DNA from: Candidatus Woesearchaeota archaeon
GTDB lineage: Archaea; Nanobdellota; Nanobdellia; Woesearchaeales; GW2011-AR4
Reading direction: 5' to 3'
DNA length: 64,000 bases
NCBI GenBank assembly: GCA_016184145.1
Contig: JACPDF010000023.1
Span: 1,229-65,228 of the forward strand
The notes beneath the pieces were generated by a model that was not told the DNA's origin, ran no database searches, and saw nothing but the letters and a program-made list of their open reading frames with translations. This document shows, one piece after another, positions 28,245-37,579 of the stretch (position 1 is the first letter of the stretch; each line of letters opens with the position of its first letter). Position numbers and translations under genes: made by a program.

Positions 28245-29549
28245 CTAAAGCCCCAAGCTCTCAACAATAATCCTGGGCTCAAATTCCTTTAAATCCTTAT
28301 ATTCCTGGCCAACGCCCAAATACATTATCGGTTTTTTTGTTATGTAGCTTACAGAAATTGCTGCCCCTCCTTTCTCGTCGACATCGGCTTTTGCCAATAT
28401 TAAGCCGTCTATCCCTACAGCATCATTAAAGCTCTGGGCTTGCTCCACGCAGTCATTGCCGGTTATTGATTCCCCGACAAATACCTTTAAATCAGGCTTT
28501 GCAACTCTCATTATCTTCTTCATCTCTTCCATCAGGTTCTGCTGTGAATGCAGTCTTCCGGCTGTATCTATCAAAACAGCATCAGCATTCTTGGCTTTTG
28601 CATGCTTTATTGCATCGAAAGCTACAGCTGCTGGATCAGAGCCGTAATCATGCCTTATCATCTTCACCCCTAATTTGTCTGCATGCTGCTGCAATTGCTC
28701 AATTGAAGCTGCCCTGAAAGTATCGGAAGCTGCGAGGACAACAGAAAGCTTGTTCTGCTTCAGCATGTTTGCGACTTTTGCTATGCTCGTTGTCTTTCCA
28801 GAGCCGTTAATGCCAAAGAATGCAATAACAAACGGCTTTTCGCCTTTATTCTTGATACTTTTTATCAAATTTATTTTATCCACGTTGAATAAATCTTCTA
28901 TGGAGCTTCTTAATGACTCTTTTATTATCTCTTCAACCCTTGTCCTTTTGATGGGCTTCTCAACTAGATTTTTGGACAAGTCATTTTTTATTTTATCTAT
29001 CACTTCCATAGCAACATTATTTTCCATCAGTATCAGCTCAAGCTCGGAAAACAAACTCTCAAACTTCTCCCGGCTTATTTTTGTGGTTGTTATTTTTTCC
29101 GTTATTCTGCTAAAAAAGCCCTTCTTCTTCTCCAATGCCTGCTCTTTAATTTCCTCTTTTATTCCTGCCTGAGGAGCTTGCTCTTCAATAGCAACTTTTT
29201 TTACGTACTCTAATTCCCTTAGCTCTTCCTCAAGTATATTATCTTCTGCATGTTCTTCTTCAGCAGCTTTCTCTTCGCTTATTTTTTCTTTTATTGGCTC
29301 TGTTTTTTCTTTAATTTCCTTTGTTTTTTGAGTTTCCTTTTGAATTATTTTTTCCGTTTCTATTGGCTTTTCCTTGATTATTGGCTTTGTTTTTTCTTCA
29401 GTTTCTACCGTTTTTTCCTTTTTTATTTGCTCTATTGCTGGCTCTATTGGCTTTTCTTTTATTGGCTCCTCTGCCAGCTTTTCTTCTCCTATCTTCCTAG
29501 AAATCTTTGAGATAGCTCCTTTTAGCTTTTCTTTTAAAAATTTGAACAT
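28245..29549 (-). CDS. ftsY: signal recognition particle receptor FtsY
   Basis: FFGINGSGKTTSIAK, DTAGR motifs; repetitive charged N-terminal region. Confidence 0.9.
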   Translation of the reverse strand: MFKFLKEKLKGAISKISRKIGEEKLAEEPIKEKPIEPAIEQIKKEKTVETEEKTKPIIKEKPIETEKIIQKETQKTKEIKEKTEPIKEKISEEKAAEEEHAEDNILEEELRELEYVKKVAIEEQAPQAGIKEEIKEQALEKKKGFFSRITEKITTTKISREKFESLFSELELILMENNVAMEVIDKIKNDLSKNLVEKPIKRTRVEEIIKESLRSSIEDLFNVDKINLIKSIKNKGEKPFVIAFFGINGSGKTTSIAKVANMLKQNKLSVVLAASDTFRAASIEQLQQHADKLGVKMIRHDYGSDPAAVAFDAIKHAKAKNADAVLIDTAGRLHSQQNLMEEMKKIMRVAKPDLKVFVGESITGNDCVEQAQSFNDAVGIDGLILAKADVDEKGGAAISVSYITKKPIMYLGVGQEYKDLKEFEPRIIVESLGL

Positions 29550-29558
29550 CTAAGACAC

Positions 29559-29984
29559 CTATTTGTCCTGCAATGAAGAAGCAATCTTGTTCAGCTCTTC
29601 CTCAAGCTCAGCTGCTTTTGCAGTGCTTATCCCAAGCTCCTGTGAAAGGTTTTCCTGCAGCTTTTTAATCTCGTTAACCTGGTCCTCTATGATATTTTTA
29701 GTGGAAGCCGGACTCTTGCTCAATGCAATATTTGAGCCTACATTGACGATAAACTTGTCGCTTTCCTTTAGGCTTGCCTTTGCATAAATTCCAGCGCTTA
29801 ACGGAACAAGTATCTCTGCACCGGGCTTTATCTTCTCCATGTCATCCAGGCTTTGCTTTGTGGCCATAAGCTCTAAAAGATGGTTCTCTAAAGCAACGCT
29901 TTGCTTCTCAAGCTGCTGTATTGTGTTGCTTAGCACCTGGAATTCAATATAAATCTCCTGAAACCTTTTCTCTTTGTCTTTCAT
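29559..29984 (-). CDS. pfdA: prefoldin alpha subunit
   Basis: coiled coil - two beta hairpins (ILVPLSAGIYAKASL...KFIVNVGSNIAL) - coiled coil, 141 aa. Confidence 0.7.
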   Translation of the reverse strand: MKDKEKRFQEIYIEFQVLSNTIQQLEKQSVALENHLLELMATKQSLDDMEKIKPGAEILVPLSAGIYAKASLKESDKFIVNVGSNIALSKSPASTKNIIEDQVNEIKKLQENLSQELGISTAKAAELEEELNKIASSLQDK

Positions 29985-30961
29985 TTTAGCCTGTTTTTTA
30001 TTTTGGCATAAAGCTTCTCATAAACTACCCCCATCGAGGTGCCTTCATGCTGCCTCTTTATGGTTTCTGCCAGAAGCGGGGCAATAGAAATAACGCTTAT
30101 TTTCTTGATTTTCTTTTCTTTTGGCAGCTCTATAGTGTTTGTGGTTATTATCTCCTTTATGACTGAGTGTTGCAGCCTTTCAACTGCAGGTTCCGACAGC
30201 ACAGGATGCGTTGCAAGCACGTAAACATCCTTTGCGCCATGCTTTTCCAATGTGGAAGCTGCTTTTGTTATTGTTCCTGCTGTGTCTATCATATCATCAA
30301 CTAAAACAGCAGTTTTATCCTTAATGTCCCCAATAACATGCTCGACTGCTGCCACACCATGCTCTGGCCTTCTCTTGTCTATGATAGCTATTGGCGCATG
30401 CAGCACATTCGCCAATGCCCTTGTCCTTGCTACACCGCCAACATCAGGGCTTACAAAAACTATGTTTTTGAGCTTTTTATTCAATATATTCTCTGCATAT
30501 AAAGGTATTAAATCCAGATTGTCTGAAGGTATGTCAAAAAACCCCTGCAATTGGGGAACATGAAGGTCAAATGCCATTACAATATTAACGCCAGCTGTCT
30601 CTATCATCTTTGCTGCTAGCTTTGCGCTTATCGGCTCCCTGGATTTTGCCTTCCTGTCCTGCCTGCTATAGCCAAAATATGGTATTACCGCAGTTATCCT
30701 TGCGGGACTTGATCTTTTTAATGCATCAACTATGATTAAAAGTTCCATTAGGTTCGCATTTACATCAGGGCTTGTAGGCTGTATGATAAAAACATCGCAG
30801 CCCCTTACGCTTTCCAAAACTCTGGCATAAATCTCCCCATCGCTGAATCTATGTATCTCTATTGGAGTCAAAGGCATTTTTAGGTATTTTGACACTTCCA
30901 TAGCCAGGCTTCTGTTCGCAGTCCCGCTTATCAGCTTGATATGCTCCATATTATGCTCCAT
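29981..30961 (-). CDS. prs: ribose-phosphate pyrophosphokinase
   Basis: LISGTANRSLAMEVSKYL..., VLVDDMIDTAGT PRPP-binding loop. Confidence 0.9.
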   Translation of the reverse strand: MEHNMEHIKLISGTANRSLAMEVSKYLKMPLTPIEIHRFSDGEIYARVLESVRGCDVFIIQPTSPDVNANLMELLIIVDALKRSSPARITAVIPYFGYSRQDRKAKSREPISAKLAAKMIETAGVNIVMAFDLHVPQLQGFFDIPSDNLDLIPLYAENILNKKLKNIVFVSPDVGGVARTRALANVLHAPIAIIDKRRPEHGVAAVEHVIGDIKDKTAVLVDDMIDTAGTITKAASTLEKHGAKDVYVLATHPVLSEPAVERLQHSVIKEIITTNTIELPKEKKIKKISVISIAPLLAETIKRQHEGTSMGVVYEKLYAKIKNRLK

Positions 30962-31034
30962 ATTCTAAAACCCCCTAAAACTGGCATTTAGAACAATGTT
31001 TTGCTTTAAAAAGTTTTGGTTTGGTATTCGTAGA

Positions 31035-31793
31035 CTAAGCCTCACTATCCAATTCCTTATCAATTTCTTTCTTAGAAGCAAGCATTATCTCTATCTCTCC
31101 AAAATGCTCCTGCTGGTGCAAATCCACTTTCCTCTGGGTTGTCAGATGAAGCAAAGGAACAAATGTATACACTTTGTCTTCTTTTGCCTGGGAAGGCGTT
31201 ATTTGGGAAAAAAGCACCTTGTTGCTGTTGTTCTTGTAAAAAAACGATTTTATCCTTCCATAGACATCCCTTATTACCTGCGTCATGTCTCTGGTTTTTT
31301 TGGGCGCTTCCAGGTTCATTGGAGGTATGGAATTTAAAACGCGCCTTCTTTTCACCTCCAGCGCTTTTTCCAGAGCCTCAACAAGATCATATATGGACAC
31401 TTTCCTCTTCCTTGGCTGGGGTGTCCTTGGTATTAAGGGGTATTTTTCCCCTTCCCTTCTTTCAGGCAAAATTTCGTCAAAATCAAGCTCATCAGCCATC
31501 TCTTCTGTTTCTGTGAGCAGCCTGTCAAACTCGGATAAATCTTCATGAAGCAGCCTGCTAGACTTTATTTTGAGCAATATTGCTGCTGCCAGCAGCACTT
31601 TCCCCGATACCCTGAAATCAAGCTCTTTTAATTGCTTTATCCTCTCTATGTACTTCTTTGTAAGCAAACTTACATTAATGTCCCATGGGTCCATCTGCTC
31701 TGTTTTGACAAGCTCATAAACCAGCCTCTGCCACGTAACCTCATCTTCATCATGTATTATCTTGAAGATTCGTTCGTGCGCTTCCATAAGCAA
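31035..31793 (-). CDS. scpA: segregation and condensation protein A
   Basis: VTWQRLVYELVKTEQMDPWDINVSLLTKKYIERIKQLKELDFRVSGKVLLAAAILLKIKS matches the ScpA N-terminus. Confidence 0.8.
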   Translation of the reverse strand: MLMEAHERIFKIIHDEDEVTWQRLVYELVKTEQMDPWDINVSLLTKKYIERIKQLKELDFRVSGKVLLAAAILLKIKSSRLLHEDLSEFDRLLTETEEMADELDFDEILPERREGEKYPLIPRTPQPRKRKVSIYDLVEALEKALEVKRRRVLNSIPPMNLEAPKKTRDMTQVIRDVYGRIKSFFYKNNSNKVLFSQITPSQAKEDKVYTFVPLLHLTTQRKVDLHQQEHFGEIEIMLASKKEIDKELDSEA

Positions 31794-31823
31794 TCTATCG
31801 TGATGCTGCTATTTAAATTTAAT

Positions 31824-32004
31824 GAATAATCAGGCTCTGTAGAAAATGTAGGTTAGCAGCCTTAAGGTCGAATTTAATTTAAATGTACATCAAGCTGACA
31901 AGGGGGATGTCCCTTACGGGGAATGTCAGCAATCAAAATACACATAAAAAATTCGAAGCTGCTAACCCGAGCGAAGCGAGATTTTCTACAGAGCCGAATA
32001 ATCA
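31824..32004. mobile_element. MITE-like element: 163-bp body (31833-31995) with perfect 15-bp TIRs and a 9-bp target-site duplication
   Basis: TIR ggctctgtagaaaat / attttctacagagcc; flanking direct repeat gaataatca at 31824-31832 and 31996-32004; nested inverted repeats inside. Confidence 0.65.
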
Positions 32005-32052
32005 GCAGACAGAAATTATTGCTTAATCAATTATAAATAATACCGTTTTTTA

Positions 32053-32727
32053 TTATTTCTTCTTAACCGCAAACATAGCATGATCCTTTTGGTATGGCTC
32101 TAAAGTCCTGTAGTCAACAATTGTAACCTCATTTTCCAATTGCTCCCTTACCTCATTGAAAATCTGCTTTGGCTTTCGGGTAACGTCAATGCTTCTTGCC
32201 TTTACAGCCAACAATGCATAGCCGTCTTTTTTCAGGAATGCGCTTATGTTTTTCAGGAATATATCCACCTGGTTTTTTTGCGCAATATCCTGGTAAATAA
32301 CATCAACAATGCTTATCCTTTCCATCAATTCATTAATGTGGTTTGCGCTTTCCAGGATCGGGGCTGTATTTTTCCTTGCTTCCAGGTTAAAAATCAAGTC
32401 GCGCATGACTCTTGGGGCCAAATCAACAGCAAATACAAAGCCATCCTTGCCGACAATATCAGAAACATGGCTTACTGTAGTGCCTGTAGAGCTTCCAAGG
32501 TACAAAACAAAATCATTTTTCCTGATGAAGATATTTTGGCACTTATTCGCTATTAAAGCTGCTAATTTGCTGCTGTAGGGGTCCCATTCCCGGTATTCAA
32601 TATTATTTTGCGTAACTAAGGGCTCTTCATAAACTTTTTTTCCGGGAGTTAAGTTTACTGTAAATAGCTTATTTCTCGCTTTATCCTCGTAAACCTCAAA
32701 TATTTTTGATTTTGATATCATTTTCAA
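32053..32727 (-). CDS. flpA: fibrillarin (rRNA 2'-O-methyltransferase)
   Basis: KIFEVYEDKARNKLFTVNL...VLYLGSSTGTTVSHVSDIV SAM-MTase motifs. Confidence 0.9.
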   Translation of the reverse strand: MKMISKSKIFEVYEDKARNKLFTVNLTPGKKVYEEPLVTQNNIEYREWDPYSSKLAALIANKCQNIFIRKNDFVLYLGSSTGTTVSHVSDIVGKDGFVFAVDLAPRVMRDLIFNLEARKNTAPILESANHINELMERISIVDVIYQDIAQKNQVDIFLKNISAFLKKDGYALLAVKARSIDVTRKPKQIFNEVREQLENEVTIVDYRTLEPYQKDHAMFAVKKK

Positions 32728-32961
32728 TCAAATTCCTATACTCTAATTTTCACAATTATTTGTTATCTCATTATTTTATTGCAAATTTAATCTTTTAAGG
32801 CATTGAAATAAAAATGATATTTATCCTGCGTTTTTGCTATAATCCTTTTTAAAGGCAAAAACGCCGGGTTATATTTCATTTTTTATTTTATTGAATTTTG
32901 ATTTGTTTTGTCAATAATTATTATTGTCAATTTTGTTTATTGGAATTGTTTTTTCATTGGC
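32728..32961. repeat. intergenic repeat module family 1, copy 2; hairpin core 32825-32868
   Basis: CCTGCGTTTTTGC-N17-GGCAAAAACGCCGGG followed by a T-rich tract and ttattgg motifs. Confidence 0.55.
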
Positions 32962-33918
32962 TTAGTATTCTATCTTAAACTTTTCAATTAATTCCTTCTT
33001 TAATTTGTCTCCGATAAACTTGCCTTTGAAATAATCAACCCTTGCTGCAATGCTTGCCTTGTCGGCTAATGCCCTTGCCACTTTGCCATACATCTCTCTT
33101 TTTGATTTTTGAATTAGCTGATGCTCATGTATGAGCCCAAATTTTGGGGGCCTGTTCTTTTTGTTTCTCATGTGCCTGAACAATGCCTTTTCCGCGCCTA
33201 AAACCTGCAGTGTGGAAGCTGGCATCTCTGCAAGCCTCTTTAAGGAGCCGGTATGCTCTATGAGCTTTGCAGCCATAGCAACTCCAAGAATAGCGGCTAA
33301 ATTAGGGCAGGTTTCCTTTTCCAGCTCCTTAAGATAATTTTCATAATGGGCCCTTAGCGCATAGAGGCTGTTTATTTGCGCTGCGAGGGATAATATTGCA
33401 GAAATGTCCTTTTCCTTTAAATCAGAGCCAATGGAATCCTTTTCGTCAATATCAAACTCATCTAATAACTGCTTTTTTGACTTTTTTGCTATCAATGAGG
33501 AAAATTTCTCATGGTCCCTTATCTTATCGGAAGCCTCAGGGTTATAGAGGGAGTACCATTCCCTTAGCCTTTTTGTCAGTAGATTAAGGGTTTTGTCAAT
33601 TTCCCCGATAGCGCCTGCTGCCTGGACTATAAATAAATCATTATTCACAGACTCCTTTATTGAGTTTTTAGTCAGCTCAAGATTTTTTTTAAGGAATCCA
33701 GGAAAGTATTTCCTGTTTTTGAAGAACAGCAATATGTTGTGAAGGTCATTGTCTTCCGGCTTTGCAAGGTTTCCATGCTTTTGCCTTAGCTTATCCTCAT
33801 ATATTCCCTTTTCTTTAAACTGCCCAATATCCTTGAAAAGTATTTCTTCTACTGCCTTATAGTTTTCTGTAAAGACATAGCTTCCCAAGATGTTGGTAAA
33901 GATGAATTTTGATGGCAT
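32962..33918 (-). CDS. nop5: Nop5/Nop56 C/D box RNP protein (short form)
   Basis: NOP domain AILGVAMAAKLIEHTGSLKRLAEMPASTLQVLGAEKALFRH; 318 aa, apparently short coiled-coil region. Confidence 0.85.
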   Translation of the reverse strand: MPSKFIFTNILGSYVFTENYKAVEEILFKDIGQFKEKGIYEDKLRQKHGNLAKPEDNDLHNILLFFKNRKYFPGFLKKNLELTKNSIKESVNNDLFIVQAAGAIGEIDKTLNLLTKRLREWYSLYNPEASDKIRDHEKFSSLIAKKSKKQLLDEFDIDEKDSIGSDLKEKDISAILSLAAQINSLYALRAHYENYLKELEKETCPNLAAILGVAMAAKLIEHTGSLKRLAEMPASTLQVLGAEKALFRHMRNKKNRPPKFGLIHEHQLIQKSKREMYGKVARALADKASIAARVDYFKGKFIGDKLKKELIEKFKIEY

Positions 33919-34094
33919 GGGAAATGGTAGATATGGCTAATTTTTAAAGGTTTGTTTGTAAATAAGCACAGCGAAAAATTCAAGTTTTAGGTCAGGAAAG
34001 CCTATGGTAAGTGCAGTCAACACACGTGGAGATTTCCGTGCTAATTGACTGCATCCATCAAAAAGTTTTTATATAGGCTTATTTTTTTAAGAAT

Positions 34095-34346
34095 ATGGCA
34101 AGAGATTATGTTGTAGAATATGGATTGTTATTACAAGAAACGCTTAGAGGAGCAAAAGTAAGAGCATTTTTTCTAGGATACGGTTCAGAAAGATTAGATA
34201 GTTATCTTAATAGACGAAAACAAAAAATTTGGGTATTTCGGAATGAAGCTTATTTACAAGGACGAGAAATCCATACAAGCGAAAATGTTAAGTTGAATTC
34301 TGAATTATCGGGTTTAGAAGTTAAAGTTATGAGGGTCAAGCTCTAG
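34095..34346 (+). CDS. hypothetical small protein (orphan)
   Basis: 83-aa ORF with AGA/AGG-rich codon usage that differs from its neighbours; no motif recognised. Confidence 0.25.
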   Translation: MARDYVVEYGLLLQETLRGAKVRAFFLGYGSERLDSYLNRRKQKIWVFRNEAYLQGREIHTSENVKLNSELSGLEVKVMRVKL

Positions 34347-34625
34347 TTTGCTTAGTTCTTCTTGCGCGAAGCGCGAGGTATATGTTGGGGCTTTCCATTA
34401 AAAACCCAAAATTGCGACCAATCGTTTTTATGCACGCCCTAAAGAGATGAATGTCAATTCGCGATAATGCCAATAATAAAAACAGAATAGAATTAAAAAC
34501 AACAAAAAACCAATGATATAAACTGATAATAAGCAAAATTATAAAACTGATAATAAATCAAATAAAAAATAATAAACAAGGATAAAACAAATAATTTTAA
34601 ATAAAATAAAAGATTAGCATTTATT

Positions 34626-34931
34626 ATGGCTTTAATATATATAACGTGCAAAGACGAAAAGGAAGCAGTAAAAATTTCAAAACATTTGTTAAAAAAAAGG
34701 CTTATTGCCTGCTCCAATATGCATCCCATAAGGAGCATGTACTGGTGGAAGGGAAAAATTCAGGATGAAAAAGAAGTTACTATCATAGCAAAAACAACAG
34801 AAAAAAATTATGATAAAATTAAGGAGGAGGTTTCTAAGATCCATAGCTATGATGTCCCTTGCATCCTCAAGATTGATGCGGAAGCGAACGAAAGCTATGA
34901 GCAATGGGTTAACAAGGAAGTAAATCAATAA
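34626..34931 (+). CDS. cutA: divalent-cation tolerance protein CutA
   Basis: MALIYITCKDEKEAVKISKHLLKKRLIACSN...SMYWWKGKI typical CutA1. Confidence 0.85.
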   Translation: MALIYITCKDEKEAVKISKHLLKKRLIACSNMHPIRSMYWWKGKIQDEKEVTIIAKTTEKNYDKIKEEVSKIHSYDVPCILKIDAEANESYEQWVNKEVNQ

Positions 34932-34966
34932 TAAACTATATAAATACCAAATAAAATAAATCCTGC

Positions 34967-36643
34967 ATGGCTTTCCGCATAGTAAAAGATGTAAAGGACA
35001 TAAACAGGCTGAGGGAGATTCTTACAGTCCTGTTTGAGGAAGGCTTTGATTTTATACTGGAAAAAACGAAGCTTAAGCATAAAATACCTCTGACAAAAAG
35101 AGTCAAAGCCAGGATTGAAAAAAAGAAAAAGCATACTATTGAAAAAAGGCTTAGGCTCACACTTGAAAGGCTCGGTCCTACTTTCATCAAGTTCGGGCAA
35201 TTGCTAAGCGTAAGGCCTGATTTAATACCCAAAAGCTACATAAAAGAGCTGGAAATGCTACAGGACAAGGTGCCTGCCTTTTCTTATTCTCTGGTTAGGG
35301 AGCAGATAAAGAAAGAGCTTGGAAAGGAAATAGAGGATATTTTCTCAGGCTTTGACAAAAAGCCTATTGCATCTGCATCGATAAGCCAGGTGCATAAGGC
35401 AGTTTTAAAGGACGGAAGCAAAGTAGCGGTAAAGGTGCAAAGGCCCCATGTCAAGGAGATAATGGAAACTGATATTGACATCATGTTTTATGTTGCAAGG
35501 CTGCTGGAAAAGCATATGCCTAACATAAGGAAATTCAGCCCTGTAGGAGTCGTAGAGGAGTTCTCCAAGTGGACAGAAAAAGAGCTTGACTTCAAGAGGG
35601 AAGCTTTCAATGCGAAGAGGTTTGCAAGAAACTTTGCCAATAGCAAGACGGTAAAAATACCAATGATTTATGATAACTTTACTACTGAAAGAATCCTGGT
35701 GATGGAATTTATAGAGGGCGTAGAGCTGCACAACATCAAGCAGATAAGGAAGGAAAAGATAGACTTAATGCCCCTGATAAACATCGGCTTTGAAGCTATT
35801 TTAACGCAGGTTTTCGTGCATGGGTTCTTCCATGCCGACCCCCACCCGGGAAATATCATAATAATAAAGGACAGGAAAATAGCGTTTGTTGACTTTGGGA
35901 TTGTAGGCCATTTTGATGAAAATCTAAAAAACAAGTCCATAGATCTGTTTTATGGTGTAATTGGCAACGAACCCGGAAAAGTGGTTGATACTTTGGTTGA
36001 ATTAAGCAGAGCTGAGATAGAGAATAAGTACGAGCTGCAGGATGATGTAGGAGAGATTCTGGATTCTTTGCAGAGTTCTGACATAAGCAGGATAAAAGTA
36101 AGCTATGCTCTGGAAGAGGTAATGGATTTGGCTTTAAGCTATGGCTTAAAGATGCCTGCGCCTTTTGTCCTGTTTGGAAAGACCATAATCACATTAGAAG
36201 GCATAGCCCTGGAATATAATCCTGATTTCAGTTTGATTGAGAGCTCAAGGCCTTTCATTGAGAAGCTAATGAGGCAAAGATATAATCCTGTTGCAGTGTT
36301 CAATAGTTTCATGAAGAATATGCTGAAGTTCAGGAAGTTTGCTGATGAATTCCCTGATCAGGCATCAAATGCATTAAAAAGGATAGAGAGGGGAAGCATA
36401 AAGGTAAATATTGAGGATACCAACATAAAAGAGCTTTCAATGGAAATTGACAGGTCTGGAAACAGGGTTGCTTACAGCATGCTTATAGCTGCGCTGCTTA
36501 TTGTAGGAGCTTTAACCATAAATTACGGAAGCCCTGCATTACTGAATTTGCCCCCTATCCCTTTATTCAGCTTCATAGTGGCATTAATCCTGTCATTTGT
36601 TTTGCTGTTCTCTATTTTAAGGGAAAAAGAAATAATAAGGTGA
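34967..36643 (+). CDS. ABC1/UbiB-family atypical protein kinase with C-terminal TM segments
   Basis: IASASISQVHKAVLKDGSKVAVKVQRP, FHADPHPGNI motifs. Confidence 0.85.
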   Translation: MAFRIVKDVKDINRLREILTVLFEEGFDFILEKTKLKHKIPLTKRVKARIEKKKKHTIEKRLRLTLERLGPTFIKFGQLLSVRPDLIPKSYIKELEMLQDKVPAFSYSLVREQIKKELGKEIEDIFSGFDKKPIASASISQVHKAVLKDGSKVAVKVQRPHVKEIMETDIDIMFYVARLLEKHMPNIRKFSPVGVVEEFSKWTEKELDFKREAFNAKRFARNFANSKTVKIPMIYDNFTTERILVMEFIEGVELHNIKQIRKEKIDLMPLINIGFEAILTQVFVHGFFHADPHPGNIIIIKDRKIAFVDFGIVGHFDENLKNKSIDLFYGVIGNEPGKVVDTLVELSRAEIENKYELQDDVGEILDSLQSSDISRIKVSYALEEVMDLALSYGLKMPAPFVLFGKTIITLEGIALEYNPDFSLIESSRPFIEKLMRQRYNPVAVFNSFMKNMLKFRKFADEFPDQASNALKRIERGSIKVNIEDTNIKELSMEIDRSGNRVAYSMLIAALLIVGALTINYGSPALLNLPPIPLFSFIVALILSFVLLFSILREKEIIR

Positions 36644-36987
36644 TGCAGATGAGAGACATAGTAAAGAAAAGCTTTTTGCTTGGCCTGGGGGCTGCAAGCA
36701 TTGCTAAAAAGAAAGCGGAAAAAGCCGTAATGGAGCTTGTCAAAAAAAAGGCAATTTCCAAAAAAGACGGGCAGCAAATGCTTAATACAATAAGGAAGCA
36801 TGCTGCCGATGAAAGCAGAAGAATAGCAAGGTTTGCGGAGCAGGAAGCAGGCAGGATAGCTAAACAGCTTGGAGTTGCTTCAAAAAGCAAAGCCCAGAAA
36901 GCAAAAAAGATGCTAAGGGCAATGGACAGGCAGCTTACAGCAGAAGGGAAAAGAACCTTAAAGAAAATAATTAAGGAATTGGAATAA
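36640..36987 (+). CDS. small helical phasin-like protein
   Basis: 115 aa, A/K-rich helical; ATGA overlap with the ABC1 kinase gene. Confidence 0.3.
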   Translation: MMQMRDIVKKSFLLGLGAASIAKKKAEKAVMELVKKKAISKKDGQQMLNTIRKHAADESRRIARFAEQEAGRIAKQLGVASKSKAQKAKKMLRAMDRQLTAEGKRTLKKIIKELE

Positions 36988-36988
36988 A

Positions 36989-37498
36989 ATGCCTTTTGCA
37001 GTAACGCATGTAATTTCAACAATAATTTTAGTTGATTTATATAGGGATTATGTTGCAAAGCACAAGAAGTATTTCACGCTGCATACCGTCTTTATAGCTG
37101 GATTTGCAGGCTTATTGCCCGATATAGACGTGCCATTAAACTGGCTGCTTAATCTTATTGGCGCTGAATTAATACACAGGACAATAACCCACACAACCTT
37201 GTTTGGATTAGTTTTTTTAATACCTGCATTTATTTTATGGCACAATAAAAAGCATAAGGTTGCGATGTATTTTTTTGTGACTACATTCGGGATTTTATTG
37301 CACTTATTGTTGGATTATGCTTTTGTTGCAGATGCTGCAGGAGGAATAATGTTTTTTTATCCTTTTTCTACAGCAACTTACGGCCTCAACTTATTGCAGA
37401 ATGTGAGTGCTGGTATGTTCGCTGCAATGGACGCAATAATCCTGATGCTGTGGCTGTGGCACGAGGAGATGAAGCATAAGATAAGCGATTTTATCTAG
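36989..37498 (+). CDS. membrane-bound metal-dependent hydrolase-like protein (DUF457/YdjM-like)
   Basis: four TM helices with conserved His/Asp (LLPDIDVP..., HRTITHT); paralog at 62008-62466. Confidence 0.45.
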   Translation: MPFAVTHVISTIILVDLYRDYVAKHKKYFTLHTVFIAGFAGLLPDIDVPLNWLLNLIGAELIHRTITHTTLFGLVFLIPAFILWHNKKHKVAMYFFVTTFGILLHLLLDYAFVADAAGGIMFFYPFSTATYGLNLLQNVSAGMFAAMDAIILMLWLWHEEMKHKISDFI

Positions 37499-37579
37499 AA
37501 AAGCTTTAAAAAGGATATTCGCTTTTATATACTAAAAAGTGGTGGTTTTTGTAGTTTTTCGCCGCATGAGGCATTTTAA

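Larger units (their letters stand above)
27673..28292. mobile_element. integrated hicBA cassette bounded by 47-bp direct repeats derived from the ftsY 3' end
   Basis: 27673-27719 and 28246-28292 are 41/47 identical; the right copy is the true ftsY C-terminus (KEFEPRIIVESLGL*), the left copy a degenerate duplicate (KEFEPRLVVEGLGL*). Confidence 0.6.

Noticed and set aside
28675-29510. Plus-strand ORFs (165 aa and the F/L-rich 86-aa ORF) antisense to ftsY
   Set aside because: Artefacts of the repetitive K/E-rich ftsY N-terminal coding repeats read in the opposite frame.
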